Assembly (NCBI GenBank): GCA_963805625.1
Contig: CAWDVE010000010.1
Span: 1,888,001 to 1,952,000 of the forward strand
Origin: an uncultured Candidatus Rokubacteria bacterium
GTDB lineage: Bacteria > Methylomirabilota > Methylomirabilia > Rokubacteriales > DASRDR01
DNA length: 64,000 nt
Direction: 5' to 3'
This document shows positions 1 through 9,128 of the stretch, in pieces (positions within the stretch are counted from its first letter, which is position 1; every line of letters begins with the position of its first letter). A model generated the notes under the pieces. That model ran no database searches, was not told the origin of the DNA, and saw only the letters and a program-made list of their open reading frames with translations. Made by a program: the position numbers and the translations under genes.

Positions 1-61
1 CGTCCAGGAACCGCTGCCGGAGCTCGGGCTTGATCCGCACCTTCACCCAGATGGCAAGCAT
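1..61 (-). CDS. Putative quinol/antibiotic-biosynthesis monooxygenase (ABM/LsrG-like), N-terminus only; runs off the window
   Basis: Reverse strand reads MLAIWVKVRIKPELRQRFLD with an AGGGGG RBS, a typical ABM N-terminus. Confidence 0.55.
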   Translation of the reverse strand, partial: MLAIWVKVRIKPELRQRFLD

Positions 62-245
62 GCGCCCCCTCGTGTCGTCGGGTTCGGCATCACCCGATCC
101 AATAGGTGACCTCGGCCAGCCCAGAGCATAGCTCAGGCGGGTGCCGCGCAGATCCACGAACGCGCACGGGCGCCAGACCCTCCCGGCCTCCTTCGGGATC
201 TTTCCGCGCTGGCAGCAGCTGGGTGCCGGTGAAGCGGGCGGCGCG

Positions 246-716
246 CTACAGCGCCCGGGCGGTCTCGGCGATCTGCTGCGTGTGCTCGAGAGCGTGGTCG
301 GCCACGCGGCGCGCGAGGAACTCGACGGACATCGGCCCCAGCTCGGGATGCCGGCCTTGCCGCGCCCAGCGGTCGTCCGGCAGGCCGTCCAGGAGATCCG
401 CGATCTGCTCGTGCTCGCGGACGATCATGCCCACGAGGATGTCGAGGGGCTCATGCCGCTGGAGATCCTCTCGGCGGAAGGTGGCCTCGTCGTAGTCGGC
501 GAACACCGGATCGGCCTCGTAGAGAAGCCGGCGGATCCGGAGACCGTGGACCATGAGGACGCCGTTCCGCAGGTGAACGAGGGTCTCCCGAACCGACCAC
601 TCGCCTGGGCGCGGCGGCCGGTCGTGGGCGCCCGGGCGTACCGTGGCCAGGGCCTGGCGGAGCGCCGCGGGAATGGAGCGGATGCGCTCGAGGATCGCGC
701 GATGGTCCGGGCTCAT
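246..716 (-). CDS. DinB family protein
   Basis: PGEWSVRETLVHL and ADHALEH metal-binding His motifs; AAGGAGG RBS before ATG at 716. Confidence 0.85.
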   Translation of the reverse strand: MSPDHRAILERIRSIPAALRQALATVRPGAHDRPPRPGEWSVRETLVHLRNGVLMVHGLRIRRLLYEADPVFADYDEATFRREDLQRHEPLDILVGMIVREHEQIADLLDGLPDDRWARQGRHPELGPMSVEFLARRVADHALEHTQQIAETARAL

Positions 717-850
717 GACCGCCTCCTTGTCGCTCACGTCAGTATCCCCCGGCCACGCCCGAGGACAACATCTCGCCGCGGATCGTTCGGGGGGCCGGCC
801 AATGGCGATCCCTCCAGTTTCCGCCCAGAGGGCGTGCCGGGCGACCGGCG

Positions 851-1867
851 CTAGCGGGGCGGAGCGGGCTGCCCCGAGCACACCCGCGCGAGGAACAGCT
901 CCAGGAACCTGTCTGCGTGGACGGTCATCGCGACGCGGCAGTTGGGCGGGGCCTTCTCGCGGGCCGGGATGCTCCGTCGGTCAGCCACCGAGGCGCCTCG
1001 CGTCACGCGCCCCTCGTCCTCGACGTCGACGTGGAACGGCTCGAGCTCGACCAGCGACGGATCCAGCGCCACCCCGACGGCGAGCGGGTCGTGGAGCGCG
1101 AACCCCTCCTCGCCGCGCTGGTCGCCGAACGTGAACAGGTGGTTTGTGAAGTCATCGATGAACCGGGCGATCGGCGCCCGGCCGCGCACGAGCGCCGCGG
1201 CCAGATCGGCGCGACGGAGCGTCGCCTGCCGGGTGGCGTCGAGCGGCACCAGCTCGAGCGGAAGCCGCGATCGGAAGACGGCCGCCGCGGCCTCGGGGTC
1301 GACGTGGAAGTTGAACTCGGCCGACGGGGTGACGTTCCCCGGCACGGAGATCGCCCCGCCCATGATCACGACCCTGGCGACCCGGGACAGGCGGCGCCGG
1401 TCTCGCTCGAGGGCAACGGCAAGATTCGTCAGGGGCCCGAGCGCCACGACCACGAGCTCGCCTGCGAACCGGTCGGCCATCTCGAGGATCAGGTCGGGCC
1501 CGTCGATGTCTCCCGGAGCGCCCGAGACTCTCGTGACGGCCGGCGGCGCCTCCGCCGGGTAGAGGAGCTGCCCGCCCGGGCCGCTGAGCGCGCTGATGCC
1601 TCCGAGACCGTCGTCGCCGTGGAAGTCGGTGGCGGTGACCAGCGGACCGCGGAGCGGGGCGGCCGCGCCCCGGGCGACGCGGATCCGCGCGGCCGGCGCC
1701 CCGACCGCCAGGATGCGGTGGACGTTGGCGGTCGTCAAGTCGACCGGTACGTTGCCGGCGACCGAGGTGACGGCCTCGACCGACACCTCGGGCGAGGAGA
1801 GCGCCAGGAGCAACGCCAGCGCGTCATCGATCCCCGGATCGGTGTCGATCAGCCACGGCACGGGCAC
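851..1867 (-). CDS. Nucleoside hydrolase (IU-NH family)
   Basis: DTDPGIDDA, GPLTNLA, AEFNF-DPEAA and LHDPLA motifs. Confidence 0.95.
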   Translation of the reverse strand: MPVPWLIDTDPGIDDALALLLALSSPEVSVEAVTSVAGNVPVDLTTANVHRILAVGAPAARIRVARGAAAPLRGPLVTATDFHGDDGLGGISALSGPGGQLLYPAEAPPAVTRVSGAPGDIDGPDLILEMADRFAGELVVVALGPLTNLAVALERDRRRLSRVARVVIMGGAISVPGNVTPSAEFNFHVDPEAAAAVFRSRLPLELVPLDATRQATLRRADLAAALVRGRAPIARFIDDFTNHLFTFGDQRGEEGFALHDPLAVGVALDPSLVELEPFHVDVEDEGRVTRGASVADRRSIPAREKAPPNCRVAMTVHADRFLELFLARVCSGQPAPPR

Positions 1868-1927
1868 GGCAATCCCCTCTCGGCACCAGGTCGCGCGGCA
1901 GGTCGTCCGGGGCGGCGGGCGTCCACC

Positions 1928-2983
1928 CTACGCGAACACGAAGGCGCGCCGGGGGTTGTCCACCAAGAGCGTCCGGATGGTCTTGTCGTCGGCGCCCTTG
2001 TGGCGAAGGCGGGGCATCACGCTGACCAGGAGATGGTGGTAGCCGAAGCCGCCCCACCGGGTGAGGCAGTGCTTGTACGCGATGTCGTGGGACATGAGGA
2101 TCTGCTGAAGGTGGCCGCGCTCGATGAGGAACAGGATCTGGCGCATACGCTCGCCGTCGTTGGGCATGTCGAAGGCTGGGTTGTAGGGATAGTAGGAGGT
2201 CTCCAGACCGAAGAGGTCGTACTCGAGATAGACGCCGGTGGCCGCCAGCTCGAGCAGCACCGCCGGGTCGACGATGGTGCGCTCGATGTGGCACATGATG
2301 GTCCGGCCGAGGTCTGCGCCCTCCCGGCGGATGAAGTCCACGATCTCGAGCGGCAGCCGCTCGTGCCGCCCCGGGTGGATCATCAGCGGGGCGCCCGTCT
2401 CCCGCTGGGCCAGCACCGCCGCCCGGACCACCTTCCGCTCGTTGGCCGTCCACGGCGAGGTCGTCCCGATCTCGCCGATGAAGCCCGCGCGGACCCCGGT
2501 GTCGCCGACACCTGCGGTGAGCTCCGCCACGATCTCGCGCGCGACATCGTCCACGGTCTTGGCGTCCATGTCCGGCGGATGCGACGCCGCCACGTAATAG
2601 CCCGAGCCCATGATGATGTTGAGCCCGGCGGCCCGGGCCACGCGCGCCAGCCCGAGCGGATCGCGGGAGAGCCCGCGGTTCGTCGGATCGACGAGGGTCC
2701 GGCCGCCAGCCGCCCGGTACAGCAGGAGCTCGTCGCGGGCGACCTGCTCGTCGAGAAGCCGGAGGTTGTCGAGATTCGAGCTGAAGTTCCGCCGCACCCA
2801 GCCGAGATTGTCGAGCCGCACCGGCTGGCGGGCGAGCTCACGGTCCGGCTCGCCCTCGGGCTCCTTGAACATGACCGTGAAGTCGATGAGGAGATGCTCG
2901 TGGGGGAGGGTGATGCCCATGTCCTCAGCGGCGATCGGACCCAGAACGGTCTGGGCCCGTCCGGCGATCGGCGAGCGCGTCAT
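1928..2983 (-). CDS. Phosphotriesterase-related (PTER/PHP-like) amidohydrolase
   Basis: TLPHEHL, GEIG, IHPG, CHIER and SHD metal ligands. Confidence 0.93.
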   Translation of the reverse strand: MTRSPIAGRAQTVLGPIAAEDMGITLPHEHLLIDFTVMFKEPEGEPDRELARQPVRLDNLGWVRRNFSSNLDNLRLLDEQVARDELLLYRAAGGRTLVDPTNRGLSRDPLGLARVARAAGLNIIMGSGYYVAASHPPDMDAKTVDDVAREIVAELTAGVGDTGVRAGFIGEIGTTSPWTANERKVVRAAVLAQRETGAPLMIHPGRHERLPLEIVDFIRREGADLGRTIMCHIERTIVDPAVLLELAATGVYLEYDLFGLETSYYPYNPAFDMPNDGERMRQILFLIERGHLQQILMSHDIAYKHCLTRWGGFGYHHLLVSVMPRLRHKGADDKTIRTLLVDNPRRAFVFA

Positions 2984-3148
2984 CTCGACCCCTCCCCTGC
3001 CTCTCGGCCTGCCCCGCGCGCGGGCGGTCCGCCATGGAGCGTCCGATCGGAAGGAATATGGGCGACGCCCCAGCGTCCGTCAAGGCAGCCGGCCGCCCCG
3101 GCGTCCAACGGAGCCTGGCCCGTCGCCTGACCGATCGGGAGGCGGCCG

Positions 3149-3250
3149 TCAGCCGCGCGCGGTCACCTCGAAGACGCGGTGACCCCAGGCCGGGACGCCC
3201 AGGTAGTGGCCCTGCGCGCGAGATTGCTGCCGTCCCGCTCGTACCTCGCC
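3149..3250 (-). pseudogene. Short C-terminal remnant resembling an alpha-amylase-family glycoside hydrolase tail
   Basis: Reads RYERDGSNLARAGHYLGVPAWGHRVFEVTARG* with no start; similarity is recalled, not searched. Confidence 0.35.
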
Positions 3251-3280
3251 GGGCTCGCGCGGTCGGTCGGGGCAGGCGGC

Positions 3281-4078
3281 TCAGCTCGGGCGCCGGAGGT
3301 AGGGCAGCCAGCGAACCAGGACGTCGGTCAGGGTGCCATCCCGCTTCCACGTGCCGAGGATCTCGTTGGTCCGTGCCAGGAGCTGCTGGTCGTCACGCCG
3401 GACGCCCCAGGCCAGGTTCTCGCGGTTGAGGGGCTGCCAGATACCGGCGAGGTCCGCCTCGTTCGCGGACACGAGCCAGGCGATGGAAGGCCCGTCGTGC
3501 ACGAACACGTCGATCGTGCGACGGCGGAGCGCGAGCGCCCCATCGCTCGCGATCGAGAGGGCCACCCGCCGGGCGTTGGGGAAGCTTTGCTGCACGAAGA
3601 CGTCGCCGGTCGTCCGCTCGACGACGCCCACCGTTGCCGAGGTCTGGAGCAGCGCCTCACGCGACCCGTACTGGCGGGCGTCCTCGGTACGCACCGCGGC
3701 CATCAGACCGCCCTCGAGATACGGCTCGGTGAACGCGATCCGGACCGCCCGCGCTTCCGTCACCGACATCCCGGACATGATGATGTCGGTCCTCCCGGCC
3801 ATCAGGGACTCGATCTGCTGGTCCCACGGGACCTCGACGAAATACACGGGCCGGCCCAGGCGGGTTCCCAGGAGCCGCGCGAGATCCGCCTCGACGCCCA
3901 CGATCTGACCGCCCTGCCTGAAGATGATGGGCGGGTAGGTCGACGTGACACCCACTCGCAGGGCATTGGCCGGCACCTCGGCGGGCGCGGGGCCGGTCCG
4001 ATAGTAGTCCGCGGCGCAGCCGGCCCAGAGCGCGACGACCGCGAAGAGTACAGCAAGCCGAAGGGGCGAACGGGTCAT
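3281..4078 (-). CDS. Amino-acid ABC transporter substrate-binding lipoprotein (SBP family 3), orphan
   Basis: Lipobox WAGC, LRVG...YPP, GVEADLA, SGMSVT-R and FTEPY motifs. Confidence 0.9.
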   Translation of the reverse strand: MTRSPLRLAVLFAVVALWAGCAADYYRTGPAPAEVPANALRVGVTSTYPPIIFRQGGQIVGVEADLARLLGTRLGRPVYFVEVPWDQQIESLMAGRTDIIMSGMSVTEARAVRIAFTEPYLEGGLMAAVRTEDARQYGSREALLQTSATVGVVERTTGDVFVQQSFPNARRVALSIASDGALALRRRTIDVFVHDGPSIAWLVSANEADLAGIWQPLNRENLAWGVRRDDQQLLARTNEILGTWKRDGTLTDVLVRWLPYLRRPS

Positions 4079-4187
4079 TCGAGACCCCTCTCCCGGCGAG
4101 GATGCCGGCGTGATCGGATCATTGTGACGATAGCAGCCGTCCGGTCTAGCATGCGGATCGACCGCGCTGCGGACACGAGACGAACCG

Positions 4188-4448
4188 ATGCCCCTGACAC
4201 TCGCCGTCCTGCTATTCCTTCTCCCGCTTGCCCCGCCCGCATGGGCCCAGACGCCTCAGTGCCGCGAAGCGACCGACCAGGCCATCGCCGCGTTCAAGTC
4301 CACCATGCCGAAGATGCCGGAGGGTGACCGCGAGGGGGCGCAGGCCCTCATCGCCCAACTGGAACGCCTGGTCAAGGACCGGCGGGCCAACGGCATGGAC
4401 GAGTGCGCCATCTGGCAGGAGATTGCCAGCCGAGTGTCCAACTCCTAG
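4188..4448 (+). CDS. Small secreted hypothetical protein (helical, 2 Cys)
   Basis: Signal peptide ending in PAWA-Q; GC-typical codon usage. Confidence 0.65.
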   Translation: MPLTLAVLLFLLPLAPPAWAQTPQCREATDQAIAAFKSTMPKMPEGDREGAQALIAQLERLVKDRRANGMDECAIWQEIASRVSNS

Positions 4449-4826
4449 CGCCCGGCGGCGCGGAGCACCAAGGCGTCGCGCGTCAGACTCATGGACCCTC
4501 CTGTCCGGCAGTGCGCAGAGCTCGAGCCCGCCTCGTAACATACCACCGCATCACGGCGGCGGGGCTCGCTCACCCCGTCCGTTCATTGCCCGCGTCGCCC
4601 CACACTCGGTGCTGCCCGCGGCCTCAAGATCCGCGCCGGGCACGTTGCGAACCCCTCCCCTCGCCCGTACCATGTCTCCGCCGCGACGTGATCGTCCCGA
4701 GCGAAGCCACCCCGGCGACCGACACGAGCTCCGGATCGCGCCCTGTGGGCGTCACGTTGCCGGGACGAGGCGGCGCCGGGTCGCGGGAGCGCCACCGATC
4801 TCGTTCCCAGGAGGAACGCGCGAACG

Positions 4827-6062
4827 ATGATGGCCAGGGGAGCCGTTCCATCCGAGATGCTGGTGGAGTCCGCCTACGCGTGGCGACGTCTCGCAGCATC
4901 GCTCGCGCTCAGCACCATCGGCGGAGTCGGTCTCTGGTCCGTCGTCGTCGTGCTGCCGGCGGTGCAGGCCGAGTTCGGTGTTGCGCGCGGGAGCGCGTCC
5001 CTCCCCTACACGGCCACGATGCTGGGCTTCGCGCTCGGCGGGATCCTCATGGGCCGCCTGGCCGACCGCTTCGGCATCGTCGTGCCGCTCGTCGTCTCGT
5101 CGATCGCCCTCACCCTGGGCTACCTCCTGGCGGCGTGGTCGCCCGGCCTCGGGCAGTTCGCGCTGGTCCAGGGACTGGTCATCGGGCTCCTCGGCAGCTC
5201 CGTCACGTTCGCCCCGCTGGTGGCGGACGTCTCCCACTGGTTCACGCGGCGCCGAGGCATGGCGGTCTCGATCTGCGCCAGCGGCAACTACCTGGCCGGT
5301 ACCGTCTGGCCCCCGATCCTCCAGCACTTCACCGCGACACGCGGATGGCGACCGACGATGGTCGGCGTCGGGGTCTTCTGTGCCCTGACCATGCTGCCCC
5401 TCACCCTCACGCTTCGACGCCGCTCGCCCGTCGGGTACGGACCAGCGCCGGCGGCGCGCGCGGCGGCCAGCGTCGGCCGCGCGCGCCTCTCGCCCGGCCG
5501 GCTGCAGGCGCTCCTCATGGTCGCGGGCCTGGGGTGCTGCGTCGCCATGTCGATGCCGCAGGTCCACATCGTCGCCTACGCGAGCGACCTCGGTTACGGG
5601 GTCACGCACGGCGCCAGGATGCTCTCCGTGATGCTGGGCCTGGGCGTCGTCAGCCGGCTGGCCTCCGGCTGGATCGCCGACCGGATCGGCGGGGTACGCA
5701 CGCTGCTCCTGGGATCGGCGCTCCAGTGCCTGACGCTGGCGCTCTATCTGCCGTTCGACGGCCTCGCGGCGCTGTACGTCGTCGCCGCGCTGTTCGGCCT
5801 GTCGCAGGGCGGCATCGTGCCCAGCTACGCCATGATCGTGCGGGAGTCCTTCGCCCCCCGCGAGGCCGGGGCGCGAATTGGCGCCGTGGTCATGGCGACG
5901 ATCGTCGGCATGGCGCTCGGCGGCTGGATGTCGGGAGTGATCTTCGATCTGTCCGGCTCGTATCACGCCGCCTTCCTCAACGGCATCATCTGGAACCTGT
6001 TGAACCTCGCGATCGCTCTCTGGCTGCTCGGTCAGCCGCGCCGGATCCCGGCGATCGCGTAG
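4827..6062 (+). CDS. MFS transporter (OFA/MCT-like)
   Basis: GRLADRFG and GWIADRIG MFS motif A; about 12 hydrophobic segments; GGAGG RBS. Confidence 0.93.
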   Translation: MMARGAVPSEMLVESAYAWRRLAASLALSTIGGVGLWSVVVVLPAVQAEFGVARGSASLPYTATMLGFALGGILMGRLADRFGIVVPLVVSSIALTLGYLLAAWSPGLGQFALVQGLVIGLLGSSVTFAPLVADVSHWFTRRRGMAVSICASGNYLAGTVWPPILQHFTATRGWRPTMVGVGVFCALTMLPLTLTLRRRSPVGYGPAPAARAAASVGRARLSPGRLQALLMVAGLGCCVAMSMPQVHIVAYASDLGYGVTHGARMLSVMLGLGVVSRLASGWIADRIGGVRTLLLGSALQCLTLALYLPFDGLAALYVVAALFGLSQGGIVPSYAMIVRESFAPREAGARIGAVVMATIVGMALGGWMSGVIFDLSGSYHAAFLNGIIWNLLNLAIALWLLGQPRRIPAIA

Positions 6063-6246
6063 GACGCGCGGGCGCGCACGCCGCGTCGAGCACCGGCTCG
6101 CCCTGCCCCGTCACACCCCGCGGGGCCCACGCCGCCGCCCGATGCCGTCGGCGGCACGAGTCACTTCCACAACCGCGCCGTGCCGTGACGCACGCGGACG
6201 GTGCGGTCCAACAGTCGGGCCGCGCCACGGGGCCGCTTGGGAAGGA

Positions 6247-6660
6247 TCAGCGAAGCGCGCCCGCGACAGCCTCGTCACGAAGCAACTCGGCGACCTTGCG
6301 GCGCCCCCCCTGGGCGTCCTTCTCGGCGCTCAGAATGGATGCGCCCGAGACTTCCTTCCCAGAGACCTGACTGCGGGCCAGGTTCCCGCCGCTACCGTCC
6401 AGGACATCCAGCGTGACATCGAAGTCCAGACTGGTCCGCATCGTCGTGGCGGTCCTCCACTCATTGAGCGTGAACAGGAGGAGACGGTCGGACCCGGTTC
6501 GGGAGGGCGCCTGTCGAGCTCGTTCGGTTGCACCGTGACTGTCTGCACCTCGAGCCCCTTGGCTTGCAGCGCGGCGGCGACCGAAGTGGCCATCTCGGTT
6601 GCCATCGGGCCCCACTCTTGGTTACGACATCGACAGGATTACCGAAGCCGCCCCAGGCCG
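6247..6660 (-). pseudogene. Frameshifted remnant of a hypothetical (lipo)protein
   Basis: Protein-like blocks in three successive frames: GGFGNPVDVVTKSG / MATSVAAALQAKGLEV / DRLLLFTLNEW...DFDVTLDVLD. Confidence 0.5.
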
Positions 6661-6771
6661 GCCCGGCAGGGGCCAGCCGGGCTGGGGCAGGGCTGCCACA
6701 GGTGTGGCGTGATCTCCCGGAGGCCCCTTGGGCCGGCGTCCGCAAGAATTCGAAACCTAAGGCTTCTCGAG

Positions 6772-6787
6772 TGGCATCAGCCGTGCA
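6772..6787 (+). promoter_or_regulatory. Putative sigma-54 (-24/-12) promoter
   Basis: TGGCATCAGCCGTGCA has GG-N10-GC spacing, about 45 bp upstream of the ATG at 6831. Confidence 0.55.
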
Positions 6788-6830
6788 CCGTTGACCGTGT
6801 GGTCGGATGTGTTCGAAGGAGGGTATGTCG

Positions 6831-7554
6831 ATGAAGAGAGCGTGGGCCGTGGCGGTCGCGATGGTCATTGTCGTCTTCCTCGCCGGCGTGGCGCTGGCGC
6901 AGATGGGCTGGGGGCCGATGGGGCCCGGGATGGGCCGAGGTCACATGGGTCCCGGCATGATGGGCCCCGGGATGGGCTGGGGTCACATGGGTCCCGGCAT
7001 GATGGGCCCGGGCATGATGGGCGGCTGGTACCAGGGGCAGCCGGCGTGAGACGCTGACGCTCGACCAGGCCGAGCAGCGGGCGCAGGCGTATCTGGAACA
7101 GGTCGGGAACAAGGACCTCGCGCTCGACGAGGTGATGGCATTTCAGTACAACATCTACGCGCTCGTGAAGGAGAAGAGCACCGGGCGTGGCGCGTTCGAG
7201 CTGCTCGTGGACCGGATGACGGGCGCCGTCTATCCGGAGCACGGCCCGAACATGATGTGGAACACGAAGTACGGCATGATGACGCACATGGGCCGCATGA
7301 TGGGCTATCAGCCGCCGACCGGACCCATGACCGTCTCGGCGGACCAGGCGAAGGCCATCGCCCAGCAGTGGCTCGACCGGAACCTGACTGGCACCATCGC
7401 CGAGACCCCCGATGAGTTCTACGGCTACTACACCGTGCACACGCGGAAGGACGGCAAGATCAGCGGGATGCTGTCGGTGAACGGGTACGGCGGCGCCCTC
7501 TGGTACCACACCTGGCACGGCGCCTTCATCGCGAGCAAGGAGGCTATGGGGTAG
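6831..7554 (+). pseudogene. Secreted Gly/Met/His-rich PepSY-like protein, split by a frameshift near 7046
   Basis: Signal peptide and GHMGPGMMGPGM repeats end at TGA 7047-7049; the +1 frame continues ETLTLDQAEQRAQAYL...GPNMMWNTKYG...WYHTWHG. Confidence 0.75.
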
Positions 7555-7767
7555 CTGCGCGCCCCGCGGCGAGTGCGGAGGCCGTGGGCCAATGCCCACG
7601 GCCTTTCGTTCGGATCGGGCCGTGGCCTCGTGTGCGCGTGACGACGGCCAGAACCTCGCGGGGACCCCAGAGCCCTCCGGACTCGACCATTCTCCGGCCT
7701 GGCCCCGCCCCACAACAGACCCCGCGCCAACGCGGCGGCGCGGGGGGTGAAGAGAGAGGCGCGGGCC

Positions 7768-7932
7768 ATGTCTCTCGAGCGCTGGATCTCCCTGATTGCC
7801 GGGAGCTTCGGCACCGTCATGGTCGTGCTGAGCCACCCGCGCCGCCCATACTGGCTCCTCTTCATGCTGTTCGTCGGACCCAACCTGTTCCAGTCCGCGC
7901 TGACCCGCTGGTGCCTGATGGAGGAGGCGTGA
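7768..7932 (+). CDS. DUF2892 (YgaP-like) small membrane protein
   Basis: ERWISLIAGSF...FVG-NLFQSA-T-WCLME; its stop overlaps the next start (GTGA). Confidence 0.75.
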   Translation: MSLERWISLIAGSFGTVMVVLSHPRRPYWLLFMLFVGPNLFQSALTRWCLMEEA

Positions 7933-9128
7933 CCCGGACCCGCGCGGCTCTGGGGCTCGGGCTCCTCTGGCTGCTCTCCGCCTGCACGGGGGAGCGGGCG
8001 ACGGAGACGCCGGGGACGCAGCCGGCGGCGGTCAGCGACGTCCGGGTGGCAGTGGCGGCCATGACGCCTGTTCAGAACACGGTGGACGTCACCGGCACCG
8101 TGCGGACCAAGACGCAGATGCTGATCGCCAGCAAGGTACCGGGGTACGTGCGCGAGGTCCGGGCCCGCGAGGGGGACCGGGTGGAGGCGGGTGCGGTGCT
8201 CGTCACGGTCGACGCGCGCGAGTTCGTGGCCCGCGTCGACCACGCCCGCGCCGCACTGGCCGAGGCCGAGATGGGCCTGGATGAGGTGACGAAGACGCTG
8301 GAGGAATCCGCGGCCACCCTCCGCTCCGCCGAGGCCGACCAGGTGTATGCCGATGCCACCGCGACCCGCTATCGGCGGCTCTTGGCTGAGGGGCTCATCA
8401 GCGCGCAGGACTACGAAGCGGTCGAGGCGAAGCGGAAGAGTGGCGCGGCGGCCGTCGAGCAGGCCCAGGCGCGGATCCGCTCGCTCCGAGCGCGCGAGGC
8501 GATGATGGGCCACCGCATCGACCAGGCTCAGGCCGAGCTGAGGACCGCCGAGCTCACGCTCGACGACACGCGCCTCACCGCCCCGGCCCCCGGCGTGGTG
8601 GTGCAGCGGCGCGTGGAGCCGGGCGACCTGGCGGTCGCGGGGCAGACTCTGCTCGTGCTCGACGACCCCCGGGTCTACCGCCTCGAGGTCGAGGTGGGCG
8701 AGTCCGCCGTGGGGCACGTTCGCCTGCGCCAGCCGGTCCCGGTCGTCATCGACGCGCTCGGGCGAACGCTGGAGGGTCGCGTGGCCGAGATCGTCGCGGC
8801 GGCCGACCCGGGGAGCCGGACGGTGACGGTGAAGCTCGATCTCCCCCCGGACCCGGCGCTGCGCTCGGGGCTCTTCGGCCGCGCTCGCTTCCCCACCGGA
8901 GCGCGTGAGGCGCTGCTCGTGCCAACGGCGGCCCTCGTGGAGCGGGGCCAGCTCACCGGCCTCTACGTGGTGGACGATCGCGGCGTGGCACGGCTCCGGC
9001 TGGTGACCGTGGGGACCCGCCAGGCCGATCGGGTGGAGATCCTCTCCGGCCTCAGTGCCGGCGAGCGCATCGTCGTGGAGGGGGCCGAGCGGACGACCGA
9101 TGGCGCCCGCGTGGTGGCGGGGCCGTGA
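7929..9128 (+). CDS. RND efflux periplasmic adaptor (MFP) lipoprotein
   Basis: LSAC lipobox, lipoyl halves (IASKVPGYV...EGDRV; LTAPAPGVV), coiled coil, VEILSGL. Confidence 0.93.
   Translation: MTRTRAALGLGLLWLLSACTGERATETPGTQPAAVSDVRVAVAAMTPVQNTVDVTGTVRTKTQMLIASKVPGYVREVRAREGDRVEAGAVLVTVDAREFVARVDHARAALAEAEMGLDEVTKTLEESAATLRSAEADQVYADATATRYRRLLAEGLISAQDYEAVEAKRKSGAAAVEQAQARIRSLRAREAMMGHRIDQAQAELRTAELTLDDTRLTAPAPGVVVQRRVEPGDLAVAGQTLLVLDDPRVYRLEVEVGESAVGHVRLRQPVPVVIDALGRTLEGRVAEIVAAADPGSRTVTVKLDLPPDPALRSGLFGRARFPTGAREALLVPTAALVERGQLTGLYVVDDRGVARLRLVTVGTRQADRVEILSGLSAGERIVVEGAERTTDGARVVAGP

Noticed and set aside
917-3130. Long alternative-frame ORFs (e.g. 917-3130+, 9572-12421-, 24831-26729-, 47948-49681-)
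   Set aside because: Antisense or shadow ORFs of well-supported genes, expected in high-GC DNA; no motifs
6831-7049. Gly/Met repeat peptide as a RiPP precursor
   Set aside because: It has a Sec signal peptide, no modifying enzymes lie nearby, and the coding sequence continues in the next frame
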